DNA of 64,000 bases. Source: Christensenellales bacterium (GTDB lineage Bacteria > Bacillota > Clostridia > Christensenellales > DTU072). The position numbers and the translations under genes are program-made. The notes beneath the pieces were generated by a model that had not been told where the DNA came from, did no database searches, and was given only the letters and a program-made list of their open reading frames with translations. The stretch covers positions 326-64,325 of the forward strand of contig JBMNTS010000005.1 of the NCBI GenBank assembly GCA_050945855.1, read 5' to 3'. Position 1 is the first letter of the stretch. Each line of letters opens with the position of its first letter. Positions 54,335 through 63,100 of the stretch are shown piece after piece.

Positions 54335-55455
54335 TGGAAAAATTACTGAAGATAATCGCAAAATTCGCTGTAACCGGGCAGCCTGCGAGTATTGCGCCTT
54401 ACGGCAACGGGCATATCAATACTACATATAAGGCAACCTGTAAAAAGGACGGCAAAGAATACTGTTATATTCTGCAAAGGATTAACAACAAGGTTTTCCC
54501 CGACGTGCAGGGTCTGATGCGCAATATCGCGGGGATTTGCGCCCACGTAAAAGAAAAAATCGCAAAGGGCGGATACCCGGGAGAGCGCGCGCTTACCATT
54601 GTCCCCACCAACAGGGGCGAAGATTTTCTTTATGACGAAAGCGGCTACTTCCGCGTTTATGATTTTATTTCGGAGGGCATAAGCATTGAGAGCGCTCAAA
54701 GTTTAACGGATTTGGAAGTGGGCGGCAAGGGTATAGGGCGTTTTCAAAGACTGCTTGCGGATTATGACGCCGCCTCTCTTTCCGAGACCATTCCCTATTT
54801 CCATTTTACGCCCAAAAGGTACGCGGATTTGCAGCGGGCGGCAGAAGAGGACGCGGCGGGGAGAGCAAAATATTGCGCCGAGGAGTTGGATTTTTACTTG
54901 TCCCGCTCTCACTTTGCCCGTCTTTTCACGGACGCTTTGGCAGCGGGGCGGATACCTTTAAGAGTCTGCCACAACGACGGCAAGCTTAACAACGTGCTGA
55001 TAGACACCGCGGGCAACAGGTATGTCGCGGTAATAGATTTGGATACCGTTATGCCGGGCGCGGGCGCCTATGACTTGGGCGACAGCGTGCGCTTCGGCGC
55101 CAGCACGGGCGCGGAGGATGAGGCGGATTTGTCCAAGGTGCGCTTTTCCCTGTCCGCGTTCAGGGCTATTTTGCGCGGATATCTCAGCGAAGCCGCGTAC
55201 ATGCTTACCCCGGAAGAAAGGGAGTTGCTGCCCTACGCCGGGCTGATTATGACTTACGAGTGCGGTATGCGTTTTCTTGCCGATTACCTTAACGGGGACA
55301 CCTACTTTGCGGTGCGCAAAGAGGGGCATAATTTGCTCAGGGCAAGAACGCAAATGAAACTTGTTGCGGATATGGAAGAGCTGATGCCCGAAATTAAAAA
55401 CGCCGTAAACGAGGAAATAAAAAACTATAACAAATTACACAGCGAAAAGCATTGA
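54334..55455 (+). CDS. APH-fold kinase, N-acetylhexosamine 1-kinase (NahK)/AmgK-like
   Basis: YGNGHINTTYK...YILQRINNKVF N-lobe and catalytic loop CHNDGKLNNVLID, then IDLDTV (DxD). This resembles anomeric sugar kinases of the APH superfamily. Confidence 0.6.
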   Translation: MEKLLKIIAKFAVTGQPASIAPYGNGHINTTYKATCKKDGKEYCYILQRINNKVFPDVQGLMRNIAGICAHVKEKIAKGGYPGERALTIVPTNRGEDFLYDESGYFRVYDFISEGISIESAQSLTDLEVGGKGIGRFQRLLADYDAASLSETIPYFHFTPKRYADLQRAAEEDAAGRAKYCAEELDFYLSRSHFARLFTDALAAGRIPLRVCHNDGKLNNVLIDTAGNRYVAVIDLDTVMPGAGAYDLGDSVRFGASTGAEDEADLSKVRFSLSAFRAILRGYLSEAAYMLTPEERELLPYAGLIMTYECGMRFLADYLNGDTYFAVRKEGHNLLRARTQMKLVADMEELMPEIKNAVNEEIKNYNKLHSEKH

Positions 55456-56525
55456 ACGGTATGGGCAGGATGCGTGCCCTCCGATGTCTTAAAATGGAGC
55501 GCGAGCCGCTCTTTTTTTATGCCCAAAACTTGAGCAAGGCGCGCTTTCATCTGCTCAGCGTAAGGGGCAAGGCGGGGTTTGTCCGCGATAATCAGCACGA
55601 CAAGATTGTTTATTTTATAATTCAAGCCGCTGATTTTTTTGTTGATTTTGCCAAGCAGCTCCATGCTGTCCGCGCCCTGATACGCCGCGTCGCTGTCCGG
55701 GAAAAAGTGTCCGATATCGGGCAGCCCCGCTGCGGAAAGCAGGGAATCAATAACGGCGTGCGCCGCCACGTCTCCGTCAGAATGGGCTTCCAGACCGTGA
55801 GTATAAGGCACCCTAACGCCGCAAATCACTAACGGCAGACCTTGCTTGAGTTTATGCAGATCCCACCCTAAGCCTATCCTTGTGTTGGATTGAAGCAAGT
55901 CGGAAAGGGTGGTAACCTTGCTGTTGGCTTCCTCCCCATCCACCACACAGGGCGCGCTTACCGTCTCCAGATACAATTCGCTTTCGTCGGTGTAGTCCTG
56001 TCTGCGTGCTTTTTCAAAAGCGCCTTTTATTGCCCGGGTAAGGTAGCCTTGCGGCGTTTGCACCCTCCACAGCTTTGCCCTGTTCGGCGCGCCGGTGATT
56101 TTCCCTTCCCGGATTTCTCTTATCGAGTCAACCGGGGGAAGCGCGGGCACGGCGCTGCCCTCCGCCAAAGTCTTTTCGTATACTCTTTGGATCAACTCCG
56201 CACTGACAAAAGGGCGCGCGCCGTCGTGAATGAGCACGAGAGGAGAAGTTGCCCTCTCCAGCGCCGCCTTTACCGAGAGGTGCCTGGTTGCCCCGCCCTC
56301 AACGATTTCTATGGGTTTAAGCGGAAAATCCGCAAAAATATTCTTTATGCGCTCTATATTGTCCGCGCTTGCCGCGATAATGATTTTTTCCACAAAATCC
56401 AAAACGGCGAACGCGCCCGCCGCTCTTTCCGCTACCGTGTCCTCCGTCAGCGAAAATAGCATCTTGTCCGCGCCCGCTCTGCTGCCCGAGCCCGCCGCAA
56501 GCACGATAACGTCGCAATTACTCAT
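55425..56525 (-). CDS. ispDF: bifunctional MEP cytidylyltransferase / MEcPP synthase
   Basis: N-terminal IspD (VIVLAAGSGSRAG). C-terminal IspF (GLGWDLHKL...GLEAHSDGDVAAHAVIDSLL...DIGHFFPDSD). The 3' end overlaps the convergent kinase gene by 31 nt. Confidence 0.88.
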   Translation of the reverse strand: MSNCDVIVLAAGSGSRAGADKMLFSLTEDTVAERAAGAFAVLDFVEKIIIAASADNIERIKNIFADFPLKPIEIVEGGATRHLSVKAALERATSPLVLIHDGARPFVSAELIQRVYEKTLAEGSAVPALPPVDSIREIREGKITGAPNRAKLWRVQTPQGYLTRAIKGAFEKARRQDYTDESELYLETVSAPCVVDGEEANSKVTTLSDLLQSNTRIGLGWDLHKLKQGLPLVICGVRVPYTHGLEAHSDGDVAAHAVIDSLLSAAGLPDIGHFFPDSDAAYQGADSMELLGKINKKISGLNYKINNLVVLIIADKPRLAPYAEQMKARLAQVLGIKKERLALHFKTSEGTHPAHTVQCFSLCNLL

Positions 56526-56775
56526 TATCCTCTCCGATAATTTCGTACAGGGCGTCCGCCCCCTCTTTGGATACGTTGCCTTCGGGCACCCTTAATATGC
56601 GCGCCTTAAGCTTTTTGTCCCCGAAGGATACAATGATTTCGTCTCCCGCCTTAACCTGCTTGCCGCTCTTTGCCTCTTTTCCGTTGAGCAGCACTCTGCC
56701 CACGCCGCAAGCGCTGTCTGCCACGCTTCTTCTTTTTATTATCCTGCTTACTTTAAGAAATTTATCCAGTCTCAT
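56518..56775 (-). CDS. S4-domain RNA-binding protein
   Basis: MRLDKFLKVSRIIKRRSVA...VLLNGKEAK is the S4 alpha-L motif. 85 aa. Confidence 0.8.
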   Translation of the reverse strand: MRLDKFLKVSRIIKRRSVADSACGVGRVLLNGKEAKSGKQVKAGDEIIVSFGDKKLKARILRVPEGNVSKEGADALYEIIGEDNE

Positions 56776-56784
56776 AATTACCCC

Positions 56785-57279
56785 TTATATTATTGACACA
56801 ATTACGGGAAAATCCTCAACCTCAAGCCGCCAGACCGCTTCCGCGCCCAGCTCCGGATATAAAAATATCTCCGCTTTTTTCACCTTTCGCATATAAAAGG
56901 CGCCCGCTCCGCCCACCGCGTCAAAATGCGCTCCGCCTGCCTCCGCGATGGCTTTTGCGGCGTCCTGTCCCCTGTTGCCTTTGCCTATGGAATATTTTAC
57001 TCCCGCCCCGGCAAAACCGGCGGCGTAAGTATCCATGCGGCAGCTTGTGGTAGGCCCTATGCTGCCTATTACCCCCTTGCCTTTGGGGCAAGGCCCTGCG
57101 TGGTATATCACTTCGCCCGCAAGCGGCATCTCCCCCGTGTCGCGGTAATGCTCAAGCAGTTTTTTGTGCGCGGCGTCCCGCGCGGTGTAGATTACTCCGC
57201 TGAGATATACTATATCGCCTTTGCGTAAGTCCGCCGTTTTTTGAGGGTCAAGCGGCGTGGAAAGATATACTGTTTTTAT
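56785..57279 (-). CDS. class I (Fe-S) fumarate/tartrate hydro-lyase beta subunit, non-canonical start
   Basis: The track lists only 114 aa from an internal ATG (57129). The frame stays open upstream and encodes the conserved N-terminus (...LRKGDIVYLSGVIYTARDAAHKKL). No ATG/GTG/TTG is available. An ATA at 57277-57279 sits 8 nt after AAGGAG. Confidence 0.65.
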   Translation of the reverse strand: MKTVYLSTPLDPQKTADLRKGDIVYLSGVIYTARDAAHKKLLEHYRDTGEMPLAGEVIYHAGPCPKGKGVIGSIGPTTSCRMDTYAAGFAGAGVKYSIGKGNRGQDAAKAIAEAGGAHFDAVGGAGAFYMRKVKKAEIFLYPELGAEAVWRLEVEDFPVIVSII

Positions 57280-57291
57280 TGTGGTTGCTCC

Positions 57292-58125
57292 TTAAAGGTT
57301 GATTATTTTATGGCGCGCGGCGTGGCACTGAACGGTGACCGCAACGGGCAGCCCGGCGATGTGGGTGGGATATTTTTCTATGCACACTTTTAGCGCGCTC
57401 ACTCCGCCGTATCCCCCGGCTCCGATATTCAGCTTGTTGATTTCGTCGCAGATAGTTTTTTCCAGTCTGTCAAGTCCGGGGTCCTCATTGCGGCTGTTAA
57501 GGCTTCTGAACAACGCTTTTTTGCTTAGCAGCGCCGCCTTCTCCATAGTGCCGCCTATACCCACGCCCACTATTACGGGAGGGCAGGGATTTGCGCCCGC
57601 TTCCTTAACGCACGCCGTCACGCTCTCTATTATGCCTTGCTCGCCGCGCGAGGGAGAGAGCATAAAAAGGCGGGACATATTTTCCGAGCCGAAGCCCTTT
57701 GCCATTATTTTCAGGGTCAGCCCGTCCCCCTCTTTTATTTCGTAATGGATGACTGCGGGGGTGTTGTCAAGGGTGTTTTTGCGGGTCAAGGGGTCCAGCA
57801 CGCCGGCGCGGAAATTGCCTTGCGCGTACGCCTCCCTTACCCCGAGGTTTACGGCGTCTTCAATACTTCCGCCGCAAAGGCGCGCGTCCTGCCCTATTTC
57901 GCAAAACACCAACGCCATGCCCGTGTCCTGACAAAAGGGCGCGCCCGATTCTCTTGCTATGCAAAAGTTTTGGCACATTATGCCCAATTCAAAGGCGGCA
58001 AGGGGAGGGGCGGTCTTTGCCGCATCTTTCAAGGCGTCCTCAATCTCCTTGTCCGCGTTGACACAGATTTCCAAAAAACCCGATTTTACCGCGTTTTTTA
58101 TTAAATTTACATCTATTGTTCTCAC
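57292..58125 (-). CDS. class I (Fe-S) fumarate/tartrate hydro-lyase alpha subunit
   Basis: 277 aa, CQDTGM motif and further Cys ligands. GTG start with RBS GGAGA. Confidence 0.85.
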   Translation of the reverse strand: MRTIDVNLIKNAVKSGFLEICVNADKEIEDALKDAAKTAPPLAAFELGIMCQNFCIARESGAPFCQDTGMALVFCEIGQDARLCGGSIEDAVNLGVREAYAQGNFRAGVLDPLTRKNTLDNTPAVIHYEIKEGDGLTLKIMAKGFGSENMSRLFMLSPSRGEQGIIESVTACVKEAGANPCPPVIVGVGIGGTMEKAALLSKKALFRSLNSRNEDPGLDRLEKTICDEINKLNIGAGGYGGVSALKVCIEKYPTHIAGLPVAVTVQCHAARHKIINL

Positions 58126-58142
58126 CTGCGTTCTCCGTTTTG

Positions 58143-58171
58143 ATTTTACAATAGGAAATATTATTTGTCAA
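58143..58171 (-). promoter_or_regulatory. promoter of the fumarate hydratase-S4-ispDF operon
   Basis: Minus strand reads TTGACA - 17 nt - TAAAAT. Confidence 0.55.
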
Positions 58172-58193
58172 TCGCAATCGGTTATGGTACAAT
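58165..58193 (+). promoter_or_regulatory. promoter of the MBL/CPBP genes
   Basis: TTGTCA - 17 nt - (TGg)TACAAT. Its -35 overlaps the -35 of the divergent promoter. Confidence 0.55.
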
Positions 58194-58229
58194 GTAGAGG
58201 TATTTCATTGACAAAAGGACAAAATACTT

Positions 58230-59018
58230 ATGATGAAAATCTGCGCCCTCGCCAGCGGTTCCAAAGGCAACTGCGTGCTGGTGGAGGGCGAGAGTACCAA
58301 ACTGCTTATAGACGTGGGCCTGACCGCAAGAAAACTGGAGTCCGGCCTTATGGAGTACAACGCCAGAGTATCCGACATCGCGGGGTGTCTTATCACTCAC
58401 GAACACATCGACCACGTGAAAGGCGCCAAGCGGATAAGCGAAAAATACAACCTGCCCCTGTACGCACATCCGAGCTGCGCCCGTCTGCTTCATAGCTATT
58501 GGGACGTGAGGGCGGAGTATCTGGCGCATTTCGATATGGCGGGTTTTGCCGTGGGCGAATTTTTTGTGGAGCCTTTCGGCCTCAGCCACGACAGCGTTTA
58601 CGCCGTGGGGTACCGCATCAGCGACGGGAAAAGCGTGTTTGTTTACGCCACCGACTGCGGCTACTGCTCCGAGCGGTTTCTGGAGATGGCGCGGGAAGCG
58701 GATACCGTGCTGATAGAAAGCAACCACGACATAGAAATGCTTAAAACGGGGAGGTATCCGGCGTACCTCAAGCGCAGAATCATGAGCAATTACGGACACC
58801 TTTCCAATCTGGCGTGCGCCTGCGCCGTGGAAAAGCTGGCGGCTGCGGGGCGACCCAAAAACTTTATCCTTGCCCATATCAGCGAGGAAAACAATATTTA
58901 CGAGCTTGCCATGTCTTTTACAAAGCAGAGGCTGAGAGAGGCGGGGATAGAGGGGGTAAGCCTGTTTGTCGCCCGCCAGAATGAGGCTACCGGCTTTATA
59001 AGGTGCAGAAATGACTGA
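58230..59018 (+). CDS. MBL-fold metallo-hydrolase (YycJ-like)
   Basis: LASGSKGNC...LIDVG...ITHEHIDH (HxHxDH) motif. Confidence 0.8.
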   Translation: MMKICALASGSKGNCVLVEGESTKLLIDVGLTARKLESGLMEYNARVSDIAGCLITHEHIDHVKGAKRISEKYNLPLYAHPSCARLLHSYWDVRAEYLAHFDMAGFAVGEFFVEPFGLSHDSVYAVGYRISDGKSVFVYATDCGYCSERFLEMAREADTVLIESNHDIEMLKTGRYPAYLKRRIMSNYGHLSNLACACAVEKLAAAGRPKNFILAHISEENNIYELAMSFTKQRLREAGIEGVSLFVARQNEATGFIRCRND

Positions 59019-60018
59019 AATAAAAAAATACAAGGTGACGGACGGGATAATTATATACTTTGCTTCCCTGCTTGCCGCTTCCCTGCTGTCCCTTGTGATA
59101 AAATCCGAAAAAAACGAGCAATTTAATATTTACGCCGGTTACTTTATCATGCAGGCGTGCTTTTTCGCCGCCGTCCTTATTTTTTCTCGCTTGAAAAAGA
59201 CAGACTTGTTTTACAATATCCCGATAAGGAGCAAAATATCCGGTTATGAAATAATTACCGCGGTAATCCTCTCCTTCTGCCTGTTTGCTTTTACGCTGCT
59301 GCCCGTGTTGGCATACGCCCGCCTGGGTCAGGCATCGGGGATGAAAGCGGTTGTCAGCCTGCCCGCCCTTGACAGTCCGGGCGCTGCAATCCTCTCCCTC
59401 GCGATATTGTGCGCTATGCCCGCCGTTTGCGAGGAGCTGCTTGTCAGAGGAGTGTTTTTGCAGGGTATGCAAAGCTACGGGGGCGTTAAGGCGCTGCTTT
59501 TTTCTTCCGCGGTATTCGCGCTGATGCACCTCAACCTTATGCAGCTGATACATCAGTTTACGGTCGGGCTGGCATTGGGGTATATAGTGCTAAGAACGCA
59601 AAAGCCGGTTTTAGCCATGGTAATACACTTTGTCAACAACGTTATAGCCTTGTTTCTGCCCCTTGCCCTTCCCTTTGAACTGACCCTTTCGGGCGCATCG
59701 CTTGTCTATTTTATCCCCATGATGCTCGCGGGGGCGTTTTTGGGCTTGTGCGCGGTAAGGGTGCTGGTAAAATCGTCTTTTTTGCCGGAAGGCAAGGGGA
59801 TAAAGGCGTACTTAATTCTTTGGAAGCAGTCCGCGCAAAGAGCGGCAAAGGGCTTGCGCTCATTGTTTAAGCCCCTGGGCGCGGAAAACTTAAAAGGCGA
59901 TTTTGTAGCCTCTTTGCCCAAAGAAAGCTCCTCTCCTCTCGTAAAGGCGGAGAGGGCAATCGTGTGGGCTTTTTTGATTTTTTTGGCCTTAATGGGGGCG
60001 GTGAATACTTTCGCGTAA
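59011..60018 (+). CDS. CPBP family intramembrane glutamic endopeptidase (CAAX protease/Abi)
   Basis: Multi-TM protein with EELLVRG, FALMH and HFVNN motifs. 8-nt overlap with the MBL gene. Confidence 0.8.
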   Translation: MTEIKKYKVTDGIIIYFASLLAASLLSLVIKSEKNEQFNIYAGYFIMQACFFAAVLIFSRLKKTDLFYNIPIRSKISGYEIITAVILSFCLFAFTLLPVLAYARLGQASGMKAVVSLPALDSPGAAILSLAILCAMPAVCEELLVRGVFLQGMQSYGGVKALLFSSAVFALMHLNLMQLIHQFTVGLALGYIVLRTQKPVLAMVIHFVNNVIALFLPLALPFELTLSGASLVYFIPMMLAGAFLGLCAVRVLVKSSFLPEGKGIKAYLILWKQSAQRAAKGLRSLFKPLGAENLKGDFVASLPKESSSPLVKAERAIVWAFLIFLALMGAVNTFA

Positions 60019-60158
60019 GCAAAAAAGGCACCGCGGCTCTGCTTGGCAATAAAATAAAAGTAAAATAACCAAAAATGGCTTTAATTGATATTAGATTTAT
60101 GTTATTATATTTAAGCATAATCAAGTATTATGTGTAGTTATCCCTTGTGAGGTATTCA

Positions 60159-63100
60159 ATGAAAAACTATAAACTGATTTCGGATAGAAAGATTCTGCCC
60201 ACGATAGTCGCTGCCCTTGCGCTCTTATTAGCATTTATATGTGCTTTGCAGCCCGTAGGCACGGCTTATGCCGACCTTTACGAGGATATTCACGTCAATG
60301 CTTCTCCGGGCAATCCTGATGAACTGGCGTTCAGTATAAATACCGCGGGCTATACTCCGGGCACCGTTGTGGGAGAGGAGCCCAGCATTACGCTCACTCT
60401 TACCGGTTCCGCGAGAAGGCCGCAGGATACCGAGTTCTATTTTATAGAGCAGGAGCAAATGGGCGCGCCCGGCGTTAACGAGCAATGGATACTGCTGACC
60501 AAGGATATGATAGGAGATGAAATGGCGGTTTATACCCCCACCATGGGCGCCAATTCCTATTTCAAAAAATACGTTTATTTCAAAGCCGTTATCAAAAAGC
60601 AGGACCCCGAAAATCCCCAGCTTTATTACGAATATCTTAAAGAAGAGGTGCCCGTTGAGATTATAGTCGACAAGAGCACCGAACTTAATTACGCCATTAC
60701 GGGCGTGGAGGCGTATTCCAAAGGCGCGGGCGGCGTTTTTGTGCCTTACGATTTTTCCGTCAACGCTCCCTTTGTGTCTACCGAATTGCGCTTTGTGCTG
60801 CAGACGGCAAGCTCCGAGCCTACCGCGATTACATATCAGTATTATTATGAAGGCTGCGGCGTTCCCTCCATTGACAACGAATGGGTTTCCATGGAAGGCA
60901 AGAGCATTACCTTCACCGCGGACAACGCCGGACAAATCAACGGCCCCATCTTTTTCAGGGCAAGGCATCGCGACCAGGGCATAGACCTCAGGTATAACGC
61001 GCAGCCTGTGTTCGCGCGTCTGGACACGGTAAGTCCCTCCTTTACGGTGCTGGCGACCAAGGCGGTTTCGGGCGGAGCATACTCCGTAGGCACCTGGAGC
61101 GATCAGGACGTGGAATATACGATAATCCCCGCAAGCCAGAACGTAAGCGATGTCAACTATTTCTACAGGCTGAGCACGGGAGATTTTATTGAGATTGTCC
61201 CCTCTACCTCCAACGGAAACAGGTTGTACAAAATCACCGTTTCGCAGACTACCGGCACGCTGAAATTTGAAGCGCGCACGTCCGCCGGCATGATTAACAA
61301 CAACAATGACACCAACTACAACACCCTGATAGATAAAAACAGGCCTCAGGTCAATATTATCGCCAAAGATAAGGACAATACCGATATCGCCTCCGTGGGC
61401 ACTCCTCCGGGGGAAGGCTACAGGGTAGGCTACGCTTCGGGCAAGATAGAGTTTACCATACGCAATATGGACGAGTTTGGCGCGCCCATTCCCAATACTT
61501 CCAAAGTTACCTACCTTTACAGCGTGGACGGCGGCGCCTTCAATCCCATACCTCAATCGGGCGGGCAGTACAAGCTTACCATTGAGGCGGGCAGCACCAA
61601 TATCTATAACAGGCAGATTGCCTTTAAGCTGACTTCGGACGCGGGCTTATCGGACACCAAAACCTTTACGGTAAATATTCTCAATGCCAATTTCACCGTG
61701 GAAATGGCCCCCTTATCCTATAACACGCATAACGGCTGGGCAAGCGAGAACATCCTTATAGATTTCTATATCGCGGACGGCGATTACAAATTCTACAATG
61801 AAATTTCCGGCGAAATCGCCGCCAAGCAGGAATTGACCGGCGTTACCAAGGGTCAGATAAGACCTTCGGACGGCAAAAGGCATTTTGAAGTGGTGTTCGA
61901 CAGACCGGTGAATAACGCCGCGATTATTTTCTCCGTGGAAAATATGGCGGGCGACGTTTGTGTCCTCCCCGCCACCGCTCCCATCAATCTGGACAACGTA
62001 TTGCCCGAAGCCACCATCAACGGAGTGGTCTTGGGCAGTCAGCAGCCCATAAGGGATAACGAGTGGTCCAACGGCAAGGTCGTGCTTACCGTTTACCCGC
62101 ACTCCAATCTTTCCGGCATAAGCGTTCAGTATGTGCATACCAACGGCATCCCCGAAAACATGACGGCAAATACGGACGGCAATTATACGGTTACCATTCA
62201 AAAGACCACGACTTGCGTGTTCCGCCTTATCAGCGGCAGCGGTTTGCAAAGGGATTTATCCTTCCAGGTAAATATTGACTTAAGCGATATTGACATTGAC
62301 ATTCAGGACTATGACCTGATTGCCTCCAGAGTGCATTCTCAGGATGTGCCCCTCACCTTTATAACTTCGCATACCGGGGACTTTACAGTATGGTATAAGG
62401 AACTGGGCGTCAACAATGACTTTATTCAGACGCAAAGCCGCACCTTTACCGTACCCGTAAGCAACGAGATCGCGCAGGGCACCAAACAGTTCGTGTTCTT
62501 CCTCGAGGCGAAAGCGATAGACAAAAACGGCAACAGAAAACGCTCGGAACAGCTTTCCATCGCTATCCAATATAATAGGACTCCCAGCGTAATAGAGGTA
62601 ACGAGGAGCAACGACCACGGCAGCGTTATCGAACAGGATTGGCTGAGAGGCAATATCATATTTGATATTACCAATCTGTTCGGGCATACCTATCAGGTTT
62701 CGCTTAACGGCGGAGCGTGGCAGGATATCGACGTTGTGCCGGATAACGATATCGTCAAGTTCTTCTTCTCGGGCATAGCCAACGGCGTGCTGGCTTACGA
62801 TATGAACGACGGCGGCAACTTTAACGGCACCGTTTCGATAAGGGCGATTAACAACGCGGGCTATCCCAGCAACGCCATCGCCATAAATAATATTAAGGTT
62901 GACAACAGCCGTCCCGACGTAATCAACGCGATAAGCATAGAAAAAGGAGAAAGGGACGCCGCCAACAGAAAGATTTACAGCGCGGCGGATATAGTTCTCA
63001 GAAACACCAACGGGCTTACGGCGTTTTCCGCTTACGCTCCTATTACCTATTATTATCAGATAAAGCAGTCCTCGGATATTCCTCCGCAGGCTCCCACCGA

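Noticed and set aside
58182-59033. 283-aa minus-strand ORF opposite the MBL hydrolase
   Set aside because: The plus-strand ORF has the HxHxDH motif and a promoter. The minus-strand ORF would run through that promoter region.
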